In this document: positions 8,205-18,211 of the stretch, piece by piece | Layout of the letters: every line of letters begins with the position of its first letter | Numbering within the stretch: the first letter of the stretch is position 1 | Origin: an uncultured Bacilli bacterium | GTDB taxonomy: Bacteria > Bacillota_I > Bacilli_A > RF39 > UBA660 | Assembly: GCA_934130265.1 (NCBI GenBank) | Contig: CAKOYC010000001.1 | Span: forward strand, 1 to 41,623 | DNA: 41,623 nucleotides | Reading direction: 5' to 3' | The notes under the pieces: model-generated | Databases searched by the model: none | What the model saw: the letters and a program-made list of their open reading frames with translations, nothing else | What the model was told of the DNA's origin: nothing | Translations under genes and position numbers: made by a program

Positions 8205-10166
8205 ATGAAATTTATAAAAAAACTTACTAAATTTAGTATACTTCTTATTTTACTATTTATTATTTTTAATGTTTGTGCTTATTCCTATGCTTATTTATCA
8301 CCGAAACTACAAATCAAAAGTGCTAATAAGTTTATGCTTTTTGATGAAAATAATGAACTTTTCTTTCAAGGTAGTGGCGATAGTAAATGGGTAAGTCTTG
8401 ATAACATTTCTGATAAAGTAATTAAAACAACAATTGCTACTGAGGATAAAAATTTCTATCGTCATAAAGGTTTTGATTATTTAAGAATTATGAAAGCTAT
8501 GTATGTTAATATTTTATCTAGAAATAGAAGTCAAGGTGCTAGTACAATAACCCAACAATATGCTAAAAACTTATTCCTAGACTTTTCTAAGACCTGGAAA
8601 AGAAAATGGGATGAGATGTGGTACACTATTGAGATAGAATCACATTATAAAAAGAAAGATATATTAGAAGGATACTTAAATACAATTAATTATGGACATG
8701 GTATGTATGGAATAGAAAATGCTAGTCAGTTTTATTTTGGAAAGAAAGCTAAAGACCTAGACCTTGCTGAAGCAGCTATTTTAACAGGTATTCCTAAGTC
8801 ACCTAGTAATTATTCACCATTAGTTAATTATAAAAAGGCTAAAGCTAGACAAGAATTAATCTTAAAAAACTTATTAAAGGAAAAGAAGATAACTACTGAT
8901 GAATATAATGAAGCTGTTAAAGAAAAATTAACTTTTGTTGGAGAAAAAGAAAAAGAGGAATTATCTACTGTAATGTATTATCAAGATGCAGTTATGAATG
9001 AGTTAAAGTCTCTTAAAGAAATTCCTAGTACTTTTTTAGAAACTGGGGGATTAAAAATCTATACTAGTCTTAATCTTAAAAGTCAAAAGGATTTAGAATC
9101 TAATGTAAAAGAGGTATTAAAAGATAACGAATTAGAAACAGCCGCTGTCTTAATGGACCCTAATACAGGTGGGGTAAAAGCACTAGTCGGAGGAAAAGAC
9201 TATAATAAATCTGAATATAATAGAGCTATATCTGCTAAAAGACAAGTAGGTTCTACTATGAAACCTTTCCTCTACTATGCGGCTTTAGAAAATGGTTTTA
9301 CTGCATCTACTACTTTTACTAGCGAACAAACAACTTTTACTTTTTCTAATAAAGATACTTACTCTCCTAAAAACTATAATGAAAAGTATGGAAATAAGCC
9401 TATATCTATGGCTACTGCTATTTCTTATTCAGAAAATATATATGCTGTTAAAACACACTTATTCTTAGGTGAAGATACATTAATTAACATGGCTAGAAGA
9501 GTAGGAATTACTTCTAAACTTGATAAAGTCCCATCTCTTGCTCTTGGTACTAGTGAAATATCAATGCTAGAAATGGCTGGTGGTTATGCTACTTTTGCTA
9601 ATGAAGGTTATAAGATAAAGCCTCATTTCATTGAAAAAGTTGTAGACCAAGAAGGTAATATTCTATATGAAGCTGATAATAAAAAGGAATTAGTTTTAAA
9701 CTCTAGTCTAACTTTTATTCTAAGCAACTTACTAACTGCTACTTATGATTCTGCTTTTATCGATTATAATTATCCTACAGCTATTAATCTAGCATCAAAA
9801 ATGACTCATACTTATGCTTTAAAAAGTGGTACAACTAATACTGATAACTGGTATATCGGTTATAACAAGGACGTAGTCGCTCTAGTATGGTGTGGTTATG
9901 ATGATAATAGAGATTTAGAACCTAAAGAATATAAGTATGCTCAGAATATCTGGATTAAATCAATTGAAGACTACATGCAAGGAAAAGAAGATAACTGGTA
10001 CAAACCTAAAGATAATGTTGTAGGTGTCTTAGTTAATCCTATCACTGGAAAACCAGCTACAGAAAATGATACTAAAACTAAGATGATGTATTATATTAAA
10101 GGAACTGAACCTACAATGACGGACCCTGTCTTTGACGAATTATTAACGGATAATAAAGAAACTTAA
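8205..10166 (+). CDS. Class A penicillin-binding protein (GT51 glycosyltransferase + transpeptidase)
   Basis: N-terminal TM segment. GT51 motifs 'EDKNFYRHKGFD' and 'GASTITQQ'. Transpeptidase motifs 'STMKP' (SxxK), 'SEN' and 'KSGTT'. Confidence 0.9.
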   Translation: MKFIKKLTKFSILLILLFIIFNVCAYSYAYLSPKLQIKSANKFMLFDENNELFFQGSGDSKWVSLDNISDKVIKTTIATEDKNFYRHKGFDYLRIMKAMYVNILSRNRSQGASTITQQYAKNLFLDFSKTWKRKWDEMWYTIEIESHYKKKDILEGYLNTINYGHGMYGIENASQFYFGKKAKDLDLAEAAILTGIPKSPSNYSPLVNYKKAKARQELILKNLLKEKKITTDEYNEAVKEKLTFVGEKEKEELSTVMYYQDAVMNELKSLKEIPSTFLETGGLKIYTSLNLKSQKDLESNVKEVLKDNELETAAVLMDPNTGGVKALVGGKDYNKSEYNRAISAKRQVGSTMKPFLYYAALENGFTASTTFTSEQTTFTFSNKDTYSPKNYNEKYGNKPISMATAISYSENIYAVKTHLFLGEDTLINMARRVGITSKLDKVPSLALGTSEISMLEMAGGYATFANEGYKIKPHFIEKVVDQEGNILYEADNKKELVLNSSLTFILSNLLTATYDSAFIDYNYPTAINLASKMTHTYALKSGTTNTDNWYIGYNKDVVALVWCGYDDNRDLEPKEYKYAQNIWIKSIEDYMQGKEDNWYKPKDNVVGVLVNPITGKPATENDTKTKMMYYIKGTEPTMTDPVFDELLTDNKET

Positions 10167-10195
10167 GGAAGACAATTGTAATCTTCTTTTTTCTT

Positions 10196-10204
10196 TGATA
10201 TAAT
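10196..10204 (+). promoter_or_regulatory. Extended -10 element upstream of the lemA-like gene
   Basis: TGATATAAT at 10196-10204, about 20 nt before the ATG at 10224. No good -35 was identified. Confidence 0.35.
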
Positions 10205-10223
10205 CCATTTAGGATGTGATAAG

Positions 10224-10739
10224 ATGATATATTTAATAATAGGATTAGTACTTTTAGTTATTTTGTTATTGGTAATAAACTTCCTATATTATAAAAATAA
10301 GTTTAATTTTTACTTTCTAAAGATAGAAGAAGCTAATAACAATATTGAATTAATCCTTGAAAAGAAAATAGAAATACTTTTAAAGATTGCTAAAATTATT
10401 GATAAAGATATGGAAAAGGAATTAGAAGAGTTTAAGAAAAAAGAGATAAGTAAACATCAATGTTATGTTGAGTTAAGTTCACTTGGTAACAAGTTATTAA
10501 AAGAAGCTGATGCTGAAGAATATGAATCTAATAAAAAGCTTAATAATTTAATAGGACGATTTGATGATAATGAATGTGACTTAAAAGGGAGTCTAAAATA
10601 TTATAATGATAATGCTGTAGAAATTAATAACTATATTCATAAATTTCCTAGTAATATTGTAAGTTTATTCTCTCATTTTAAAGAATTAGATATTTATAAG
10701 ATAGAAAAAAGAGAATCTTTTGCTATTCTCTCTAAGTAG
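10224..10739 (+). CDS. LemA-family membrane protein
   Basis: Single N-terminal TM segment, coiled region, and C-terminal 'KYYNDNAVEINNYIHKFPSNIVSLF' resembling the LemA 'YN..V..YN..I..FP.N' motif. Confidence 0.6.
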   Translation: MIYLIIGLVLLVILLLVINFLYYKNKFNFYFLKIEEANNNIELILEKKIEILLKIAKIIDKDMEKELEEFKKKEISKHQCYVELSSLGNKLLKEADAEEYESNKKLNNLIGRFDDNECDLKGSLKYYNDNAVEINNYIHKFPSNIVSLFSHFKELDIYKIEKRESFAILSK

Positions 10740-10741
10740 AC

Positions 10742-11413
10742 CTAAAGGTCTTTTTCTATGTTCCAATCTATTGGTTTTATTCCATTTGCTATTAAAAACT
10801 CATTAGTCTTAGAAAATGGTCTACTACCAAAAAATCCATTATATGCAGAAAATGGTGATGGATGAGCAGATTCTAGAACTAAATGTTTAGGATTAGTTAC
10901 TAATACTTTTTTTGCTCTCGCATAATTGCCCCAGAAAATGAAGACAACCGGTTTTTCTTTTTTATTTACCTCTTCAATAACTTTATCTGTAAACTCTTCC
11001 CAACCTCGATGACTATGAGATGCTGCTTTATCTTTCTCAACAGTTAAAACACTGTTTAATAGTAATACTCCTTCTCTAGCCCAAGGTAGTAAACTATTTT
11101 TTTCTGGAAAAGGTATTCCTAAGTCGCTTTCTAATTCTTTAAAGATATTAACTAAACTTGGCGGTTTCCTTAATCCATCTCTTACTGAGAAAGAAAGTCC
11201 TTGAGCCTGATTAACTCCATGATAAGGATCTTGTCCTAATATTACTACTTTTGTATCTTTATAAGCTGTATTTCTAAAAGCATTAAATATTTCATTCTTC
11301 TTTGGATATATTTCTTTTTGATGATATTCATCATCCACAAATTTTAATAATTCTTGAAAATATGGTTTACCATACTCATTCTTTAAATGTTCATCCCAAT
11401 CATTACCTATCAT
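10742..11413 (-). CDS. ung: Uracil-DNA glycosylase
   Basis: 'VVILGQDPYHG', 'GVLLLNSVLTV' and 'HPSPFSA' motifs. Start set at ATG 11411-11413 (MIGNDW) with AGAGGTG upstream, which avoids an overlap with rlmH. Confidence 0.93.
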   Translation of the reverse strand: MIGNDWDEHLKNEYGKPYFQELLKFVDDEYHQKEIYPKKNEIFNAFRNTAYKDTKVVILGQDPYHGVNQAQGLSFSVRDGLRKPPSLVNIFKELESDLGIPFPEKNSLLPWAREGVLLLNSVLTVEKDKAASHSHRGWEEFTDKVIEEVNKKEKPVVFIFWGNYARAKKVLVTNPKHLVLESAHPSPFSAYNGFFGSRPFSKTNEFLIANGIKPIDWNIEKDL

Positions 11414-11423
11414 TATTACACCT

Positions 11424-11879
11424 CTACTTATGATACTTTTCATTATTTCTTATTTTATATGTTCGATATAGTTGTTCTAAGAACATTACTCTAAATAATT
11501 GATGAGGAAATGTTAACTTAGAAAAAGACCATCTTTCTTTAGCTAGTGAATAAATATCCTCATGAAATCCATTACTACCACCAATAATAAATGTTATATT
11601 ACTATTATTTATTTCTCTTTCTGCTAATAAGTTAGCCATCTCTACTGATGTCATTTCTTTTCCCTTAACATCTAGTAAAATAATATAGTCTTTAAGAGTA
11701 AGATGTTTCATTATCGCTTCTTTTTCTATTTTTAGTGATTTCTCTATTTCCTCAATTCCACAATCTGCTACTTCTATAATATTTAGTTTTGTATATTTAC
11801 TTAGCCTTTTTTCATATTCTTTAATAGCATCAGTAAAATACTTTTCTTTTACTTTTCCAACAACAATTAACTTTATCAT
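11424..11879 (-). CDS. rlmH: 23S rRNA (pseudouridine1915-N3)-methyltransferase
   Basis: SPOUT-family RlmH N-terminus 'MIKLIVVGKVKEKYFTDAIKEYEKRL' and C-terminus 'FSKLTFPHQLFRVMFLEQLYR'. Confidence 0.9.
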   Translation of the reverse strand: MIKLIVVGKVKEKYFTDAIKEYEKRLSKYTKLNIIEVADCGIEEIEKSLKIEKEAIMKHLTLKDYIILLDVKGKEMTSVEMANLLAEREINNSNITFIIGGSNGFHEDIYSLAKERWSFSKLTFPHQLFRVMFLEQLYRTYKIRNNEKYHK

Positions 11880-12631
11880 TAAACTTCCACTACCTCTCCT
11901 AACTCTTCTTGTGATGCCACTACTATTTTAGGACTATAATCTGTCTTTGCTAAAGCATCTTTAGTAGTCTCTAGTGCCAACTCTTTAGTATTATTTGTTT
12001 CACTTATATGAGCTAAAATAATATATTTAGTATTAGAACCAATAAACTTTTCTAAATAGTTAGCCGTCGCTCCATTAGATAAATGCCCTTTATCACTTAG
12101 TATTCTTTGTTTTAAGTAATGGGGATAAGGTCCTGTCAAAAGCATCTGTTCATCATGATTACTTTCTATATAGTATATCTCTCTATTAGATAATAAATCA
12201 TAATACTTTTCATTAATATAACCCGTATCAGTAATATAAACCAAACTATTGTTTATTAAAAATCCAACCGAACCAGGAGCATCATGTGATGTATGCACTA
12301 AATCTATAGTTACATCCTTAAGATGCATTTTATCACTATATAATTCTATCTTTTCTTTAGGTAATATTTCTTTCAATTCTTTATACATTTCTTCTCTTAT
12401 ATAAACTGGTATATTATTATGCTTTACAAAAACTTTTAATCCTTTGATATGGTCAGAATGGGTATGCGTAATAAGTAAAGCATCTATATCATCAATACTT
12501 TTACCAATCTCTTCTAATCTTTCTAATAAATGTCTATAAGTAATTCCTATATCAATAAGAAAGCGAGTATTTCCTACTTCTATATAAGAAGTATTTCCTT
12601 TGGAACCACTCGCTAGTGTTATTATTTTCAT
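11879..12631 (-). CDS. MBL-fold metallo-hydrolase, YycJ/WalJ-like
   Basis: 'LLITHTHSDHIKGL' (HxHxDH), ~250 aa, positioned between dnaB and rlmH as yycJ is in Bacillus. Confidence 0.8.
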   Translation of the reverse strand: MKIITLASGSKGNTSYIEVGNTRFLIDIGITYRHLLERLEEIGKSIDDIDALLITHTHSDHIKGLKVFVKHNNIPVYIREEMYKELKEILPKEKIELYSDKMHLKDVTIDLVHTSHDAPGSVGFLINNSLVYITDTGYINEKYYDLLSNREIYYIESNHDEQMLLTGPYPHYLKQRILSDKGHLSNGATANYLEKFIGSNTKYIILAHISETNNTKELALETTKDALAKTDYSPKIVVASQEELGEVVEV

Positions 12632-14130
12632 TAGAATAAACTAAGTGGTTGTAATGATGTTGATCCTCTTCGGTAAGGAAATCCCCTGAAAAGTCCAAAG
12701 TGTAAATGTGTTCCTGTTGCAAAACCACTTTTTCCCATTGCTCCAATTTGTTGACCAATAGAAACATTTTGTCCTACTTTTACATATCGTGCTGATAAAT
12801 GAGCATACATTGTATAATAACCGTTATTATGATTAATTACTACAAATTGACCATTATCATATTTAGAACTAGATTGTACTACTACTCCATTATTAGCTGC
12901 ATAAATAGGTGAACCATATCCACCACCAATATCTACTCCATCATGTAATACTCCCCAACGATAACCATAAGGACTATTAATAGTATATGGTGTTGCTGTA
13001 GGCCACTTCCAATAACCCTCTACTTTAGTTGTACCTGTTATATCTATACCAGACGAATAAGAGTTTTGTTTTTTACCTTTGACTATTATTTCTTTAACTG
13101 GTTCTTTTAGTCTTTCAGTAGCACTTTCATTAATTACAGAGCTTTCTATTTGCCCATTAACTTTTTGTATCTTACTAGTAACTCTTTGAAGTCCATTTTC
13201 TCCTTTTTGAGTAACTTCTTCCGTTCCAGCCATCTTATTTTCATCATACTTAACTTCTGTATCATATTTTATCTCTTGATCAAAAACGGTATGATCTACT
13301 TCTACTAATCTAAATTGTGGTTTAATAATATTAATAGTTACTTGTTGTCCGGTAAACAGTAGACTGTTTTCATCTTTAAATGATGGGTTTGCAATTAAAA
13401 ATTCCTTATCAGATAGTTTATTATTAAAAGCTATATCAGTAATAGTATCTCCATCTTGAACAGTATACTTTTGATATTCATCTAATGTACCAAATAATAA
13501 ATACTTACTTAAATCATCAACGCTTTCATAAATTGTCTTATCAACAGGTACTTTAGTATTCTTAACTGATATTTTATTATCTATATAAACATTTTCTATT
13601 ATGGTACCTGTATCTTTAATTTCTTTTTGTTTATTGTTTAGATATTTTTCATAATCATCATTATTAACAAATGATCTAATAGTTTTATCCATAGCCTTTG
13701 TAAAAACATCTTTATCTAAAACATAAATTGTCTGGTCTACTCCTTTTACTTTTTCTCCTTGTTCATTAACTGTATCTATCCCTTTAATCTTAATAGCATA
13801 ACCATTTATTGTAAATGACTCTAAATCTGCTAATTTATCATATATTTGTTTAGTAGTAGAAATCTTTTCTTGATACGTTATTTCTTTTTCTATTTTTAAA
13901 TCTTCTGGAGCATAAACTTTATCTACTTTATATTTATTTTTTATTTTTTCTTGTTCTTTATCTATATATTGCTCTAATTTTTCTTTATTTTCTATTAATC
14001 CTAGTGATTTTCCTTTTAGATAAACTCTATATACTTCTTGTGGCTCTTTAGCCTTAGATGTAGGACAAAAGAAAACTAATAAAAAACTTATAACTAGTGC
14101 AAAACTTATAACTAATATCTTTTTCCCCAT
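12631..14130 (-). CDS. Secreted M23-family peptidoglycan endopeptidase with LysM and G5 domains
   Basis: Signal/TM N-terminus. LysM-like 'YTVQDGDTITDIAFNNKLSDKEFLIANP'. G5-like 'TEEVTQKGENGLQRVTSKIQKVNGQ'. M23 metal motifs 'HDGVDIG' and 'GTHLHFG'. Confidence 0.85.
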   Translation of the reverse strand: MGKKILVISFALVISFLLVFFCPTSKAKEPQEVYRVYLKGKSLGLIENKEKLEQYIDKEQEKIKNKYKVDKVYAPEDLKIEKEITYQEKISTTKQIYDKLADLESFTINGYAIKIKGIDTVNEQGEKVKGVDQTIYVLDKDVFTKAMDKTIRSFVNNDDYEKYLNNKQKEIKDTGTIIENVYIDNKISVKNTKVPVDKTIYESVDDLSKYLLFGTLDEYQKYTVQDGDTITDIAFNNKLSDKEFLIANPSFKDENSLLFTGQQVTINIIKPQFRLVEVDHTVFDQEIKYDTEVKYDENKMAGTEEVTQKGENGLQRVTSKIQKVNGQIESSVINESATERLKEPVKEIIVKGKKQNSYSSGIDITGTTKVEGYWKWPTATPYTINSPYGYRWGVLHDGVDIGGGYGSPIYAANNGVVVQSSSKYDNGQFVVINHNNGYYTMYAHLSARYVKVGQNVSIGQQIGAMGKSGFATGTHLHFGLFRGFPYRRGSTSLQPLSLF

Positions 14131-14131
14131 T

Positions 14132-15478
14132 TTATTCCTCCTCTTCTGGTCCTTTAGTCATATTAAGAAAGGTTGATGTATCTTTTTTAAATAATAACTG
14201 AATAGTAGCTTGAGGACCATTTCTATGCTTAGCAATAATAAATTCACTAATACTAGTTGCATCTTTTTTAGCTTCTTTATTATAGTAATCATCTCTATAT
14301 AGGAATCCTACTAAATCAGCATCCTGCTCAATAGAACCAGACTCACGTAAGTCTGAAAGCATTGGTCTTTTATCTTCTCTTCCTTCAACACTACGTGATA
14401 ACTGAGCAAGAGCTATTATTGGTATATGTAACTCCATAGCAAGAGTTTTTAAGCTACGAGAAATATCAGCTACCTCTTGTTGTCTATTACTTCCATAATT
14501 TTTTCCCCCAGAAATTAACTGTAAGTAGTCAATTATTACTAGGTTAAGTCCATCAGTAGAACTTGCTAGTCTTCTACACTTGGCTCTTATTTCACCGATA
14601 GTTATTCCTGGTGTATCATCAATATAAAGTTTAGCTTTAGATAATTGAGTAGTCGCTTCATTAAATCTTTTCCAATCTTGATTTAATAGTTTACCTGTTC
14701 TCATCTTATAGCCTTCTATTTGACCAAGTGAGGAGATTATACGATTTGCTAACTGACTAGCTCCCATTTCTAAGTTGAATACTGCTACAGTACTATCAGA
14801 GTGTGTAGTTACATAAGTAGCAAGATTAAGAGCAAAGGCAGTTTTACCCATACCAGGACGAGCAGCTATTATAATCATTTCATTTTCATGAAGACCTGCT
14901 GTTAACTTATCAAAGTCATACCAACCAGTAGCAATACCCGTTACTTCTCCTTTAGACTCAGCTAATTTTTCTAAGTCTTCTTGGGTCTTTATTAACACAT
15001 CTTGAATACTTTGAAACTCTCCACTTTTTCTATTTTTAGCAATATTTAGTATCTGTTTTTCTGCTTGGTCTAACACATCATTAACATTTTCTTCTTGATT
15101 ATAACCTAATGTTACTATATTAGTAGCTGTTTCTATTAATCCTCGTAAAAGAGCTGTTTTATCTACTTCTTTGATATAATAATCTATATTACTGGCAGTT
15201 GGAACAAACTCAATTATTTCTGTTAAATAAGAAACGCCACCGGCATCTGTTAAAGCATTCATTCTAGTAAGTTCTGTTGTAACTGTTGTTAAATCTAAAG
15301 GAGTTTTTTCTTCATGTAAGTTTTGAAAGGCCTTAAAGATTTTGGCATTTCTAGTATCAAAAAAACTAGATTCTGATAAATTTTCTAGAGCAAGTGTAGC
15401 TGCATCTGTTGATAAAAAACAAGAACCTAATACACTCATTTCAGCTTCTTTATTATGTGGTAATTCTCTTAAGGCCAT
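14132..15478 (-). CDS. dnaB: Replicative DNA helicase (DnaB family; DnaC in B. subtilis nomenclature)
   Basis: 'PHNKEAEMSVLGS' N-terminus, Walker A 'ARPGMGKTAFAL', and 'IIDYLQLI'. Confidence 0.95.
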   Translation of the reverse strand: MALRELPHNKEAEMSVLGSCFLSTDAATLALENLSESSFFDTRNAKIFKAFQNLHEEKTPLDLTTVTTELTRMNALTDAGGVSYLTEIIEFVPTASNIDYYIKEVDKTALLRGLIETATNIVTLGYNQEENVNDVLDQAEKQILNIAKNRKSGEFQSIQDVLIKTQEDLEKLAESKGEVTGIATGWYDFDKLTAGLHENEMIIIAARPGMGKTAFALNLATYVTTHSDSTVAVFNLEMGASQLANRIISSLGQIEGYKMRTGKLLNQDWKRFNEATTQLSKAKLYIDDTPGITIGEIRAKCRRLASSTDGLNLVIIDYLQLISGGKNYGSNRQQEVADISRSLKTLAMELHIPIIALAQLSRSVEGREDKRPMLSDLRESGSIEQDADLVGFLYRDDYYNKEAKKDATSISEFIIAKHRNGPQATIQLLFKKDTSTFLNMTKGPEEEE

Positions 15479-15496
15479 AAACTTCCTCCTTTACTT

Positions 15497-15937
15497 CTAC
15501 TTTACTAAATGAACTTTTACTATAGCACTAACTTCTTTATATAATTCTATTTCTATCTTATGAAATCCCAAAGATGATAGAGAATCTTGTAATTTAATTT
15601 GATTTTTATCTATATTGTAGCCATTATTTTTTAATTCTTCTTTTATTTGTTTTTGACTAACACTTCCAAAGACACGGTCACCTTCACCAGTTTTTACTTT
15701 AAAGGTTAAAACTAATTTTTCTAATTTAGCTTTTTCTTCCATTGCTTCTTTCTTAGCTTTATCATGATTCTCTTTTCTTATAGCTTGTTCTTTTTTTAAG
15801 TTGTCTAAGTTTTCTTGATTAGCTACTACAGCAAGATTCTTTTTAATTAGAAAATTAATAGCATAACCATCTTTTACTTCTTTAATAGCATCTTTCTTTC
15901 CTACCCCTTTTACATCTTGACGAAAAATTACTCTCAT
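15497..15937 (-). CDS. rplI: 50S ribosomal protein L9
   Basis: '[31 protein letters not shown]' is a typical L9 N-domain. 146 aa. Confidence 0.93.
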   Translation of the reverse strand: MRVIFRQDVKGVGKKDAIKEVKDGYAINFLIKKNLAVVANQENLDNLKKEQAIRKENHDKAKKEAMEEKAKLEKLVLTFKVKTGEGDRVFGSVSQKQIKEELKNNGYNIDKNQIKLQDSLSSLGFHKIEIELYKEVSAIVKVHLVK

Positions 15938-16935
15938 TATTCTTCCTCCTTAATTGCTTGATTTAATTTTTCAGAGACTTTACTGATTGGAAGATTCTCA
16001 AATTGAGCAGCTCCTCCCATCTTATCTCCTCCTCCACCTATTCTAGACAATATATTAGCAATACTTTTTTTACCAATACTTCGTCCACTAATAGAGGTTA
16101 CATTATTAGCTGTTTTAGCAATTACAAAAGATAATTCTATATCATTAAAGAAAAGTAAAGTATCAGCTATCTTAGCTAAGTCTTCTCTTCTATAAATGGA
16201 ATAACTACTTCCCTTTGCAATAGCTATTTTATCATTAATTATCTCTACATTAGTAATTAATTTTTGACGTTCCATATAATCTTTTAAATCTTGTTTTAAT
16301 AGATATTGAACTTTAGTAGTACTAGCTCCCATACAAGATAAGTAATAAGCACTATAATATGTTTCACTATTAGTTTTAAGAGTAAAATTATTAGTGTCTA
16401 AAACTATTCCAGATAATATTAGAGTTGCATAGTATGGATCTATTGGTGAATTATAAGCTTCTATTAAATTTGTTATCATCTCACAAGTACTAGAAGCAGT
16501 ATTATCAATTATTCTATTAGGACAAGAAATTGATGTTTCACCCAATTCATGGTGATCTAAAATCACTACTTTATCTTCATCAAATAGGGATATGATACCA
16601 TTATCTTGAACTAATTCTTTCTTATTAGTGTCTAGTATAAATAAAAGATTACGTTTATTACGTAAATACAAGTTATCTTCTACTTCTTTTCCTGTGATTA
16701 TTTGTAAACATCCATCTAATTCTCTTAATACTTTTTCAACGCCTAACTCATGTTCTTTATCATTTATTACTAAATAGCAATTCTTTCTTTGCTTCTCTAA
16801 AATTGAATATAAACCTATAGAACTGCCTAAAGCATCTAAATCTAAATTTTTATGAGCCATTATAAATATAGTCTTAGCACCACGAATTAGTTTCTTTAAC
16901 TCTTTTTTCTTTTCACCAATTTTCAAAACAACCAC
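15937..16935 (-). CDS. Stand-alone DHH/DHHA1 phosphoesterase (GdpP/NrnA-like catalytic module only)
   Basis: DHH motifs '[11 protein letters not shown]', 'FILDTN', 'ILDHHE' and 'GIVLDTNNF'. DHHA1 glycine motif '[12 protein letters not shown]'. The start is ambiguous: GTG at 16935, or the TTG three codons downstream, 5 nt after AGGTGG. Confidence 0.8.
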   Translation of the reverse strand: MVVLKIGEKKKELKKLIRGAKTIFIMAHKNLDLDALGSSIGLYSILEKQRKNCYLVINDKEHELGVEKVLRELDGCLQIITGKEVEDNLYLRNKRNLLFILDTNKKELVQDNGIISLFDEDKVVILDHHELGETSISCPNRIIDNTASSTCEMITNLIEAYNSPIDPYYATLILSGIVLDTNNFTLKTNSETYYSAYYLSCMGASTTKVQYLLKQDLKDYMERQKLITNVEIINDKIAIAKGSSYSIYRREDLAKIADTLLFFNDIELSFVIAKTANNVTSISGRSIGKKSIANILSRIGGGGDKMGGAAQFENLPISKVSEKLNQAIKEEE

Positions 16936-17089
16936 CTCTATCCAATTTTAAAAAAAGAAGATGTTAATTCTTCTTAATAAATTACAGTTATAATATATCA
17001 TTTTTAACATTAAAAAGCAAACTATCTTCATAAGATTAATATCATTTTCAACATAAAAAGTTGAAACCAAAAGTCCCAACTTTAAAATA

Positions 17090-17305
17090 TTATTTTGTAA
17101 ATGGTAATAATGCAATTGCACGTGCTCTTTTAATTTCATTAGCTATAACACGTTGATGTTTTGCACAAGCACCTGTAACACGACGAGGTAATATTTTTCC
17201 TCTTTCGTTAATGTATTTTCTTAAAATATCAACATCTTTATAATCAAAAGTTTTTCCTTGACACATTAAGCATACTTTTTTCTTCTTACGATAAAATTCT
17301 GCCAT
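17090..17305 (-). CDS. rpsR: 30S ribosomal protein S18
   Basis: '[25 protein letters not shown]...[10 protein letters not shown]' is a typical S18 sequence. Confidence 0.95.
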   Translation of the reverse strand: MAEFYRKKKKVCLMCQGKTFDYKDVDILRKYINERGKILPRRVTGACAKHQRVIANEIKRARAIALLPFTK

Positions 17306-17320
17306 AACTTAACCTCCTTT

Positions 17321-17842
17321 TTAAAATGGTAATTCGTCATCATTTATCTCGATATTAGAGCCAAATTCAGTATAAGGATCACTTGATACATTTGTACCTG
17401 TAGGAGCTGATGTAGCACTAAAATCATAAGGAGTAGTAGCATCATTGGTAGATGGTTGATTATTGAAACTAGAAGGAACTGGTTGACTATTAAAGCTTGG
17501 TTGTTGTGTTGCTTGAGAATTATCTCTTTTTGTACCAACAAAATCAATATTTTCAACCACAACTTCAGTAACATATCTTCTTTGACCATTTTGATCATCA
17601 TAGTTTCTAGTTTGAATTCTACCTTCTACTGCCACTTGACTACCTTGAGATAAATAGTTTTTAACTGTTTCTGCTAGTTTTCTCCAAACTACACAGTTAA
17701 TAAAGTCTGCTTCTCTTTCGCCATTTTGATTAGTAAATGAACGATTTACAGCAAGACTAAAGGTTGCTACTGGTGTATTACTACCAGTATAACGTAACTC
17801 AGGGTCTCTTGTTAATCGACCTATTAATATTACTTTATTCAT
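17321..17842 (-). CDS. ssb: Single-stranded DNA-binding protein
   Basis: OB-fold N-terminus '[19 protein letters not shown]', low-complexity linker, acidic tip 'DDELPF'. Confidence 0.95.
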   Translation of the reverse strand: MNKVILIGRLTRDPELRYTGSNTPVATFSLAVNRSFTNQNGEREADFINCVVWRKLAETVKNYLSQGSQVAVEGRIQTRNYDDQNGQRRYVTEVVVENIDFVGTKRDNSQATQQPSFNSQPVPSSFNNQPSTNDATTPYDFSATSAPTGTNVSSDPYTEFGSNIEINDDELPF

Positions 17843-17856
17843 AGTTACCTCTTTTT

Positions 17857-18144
17857 CTAGTCTTCTTTACGAATAATTAAATGACGTAAAATGTTTTCAT
17901 TGATTCCAGCTAAACGATCAAATTCTTTAATAGCTTCATGAGAACCTTCTACTACGAATAAGAAATAATATCCATTTTTATATTTCTTTATTTCATATGC
18001 TAATTCTCTTTGTCCCATAGCTTTTTCTTCAACGATTTTAGCTTCTAAGTTTGTTAAAACCTTTTTTAGACTTTCAGCTTCATTTTTAATAGAAGCTTCC
18101 TCTAAATCTGGTTTTACAATAAACATAATTTCATACTTGTTCAT
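17857..18144 (-). CDS. rpsF: 30S ribosomal protein S6
   Basis: '[16 protein letters not shown]...[20 protein letters not shown]'. Start set at ATG 18142-18144; the GTG used by the track overlaps the GGAGG SD. Confidence 0.93.
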   Translation of the reverse strand: MNKYEIMFIVKPDLEEASIKNEAESLKKVLTNLEAKIVEEKAMGQRELAYEIKKYKNGYYFLFVVEGSHEAIKEFDRLAGINENILRHLIIRKED

Positions 18145-18211
18145 TATTTCCACCTCCTTCTGGACATAAGACCTATTAAATAGGTAAGGAGTATTTTAAA
18201 TACTCGTTTGT

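Noticed and set aside
12552-12767. 71-aa ORF overlapping the M23/yycJ junction
   Set aside because: It is an out-of-frame overlap with two well-supported genes on the same strand and has no SD.
17121-17136. The only CACGTG core seen in the window (in rpsR), considered as a possible parS
   Set aside because: The flanks (AATTGCACGTGCTCTT) do not match the parS arms. It is coding sequence for the conserved S18 C-terminus.
16948-17139. 63-aa ORF in the rpsR-DHH gap that overlaps the rpsR 3' end
   Set aside because: It overlaps rpsR in another frame, has no SD, and has poor composition. The gap instead contains weak hairpin/T-run elements at 17057-17085 and 16953-16976.
17344-17653. Alternative-frame and antisense ORFs within ssb (17344-17601 -, 17456-17653 +)
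   Set aside because: They overlap the ssb low-complexity linker. The peptides are L/I-rich nonsense, and there are no start signals.
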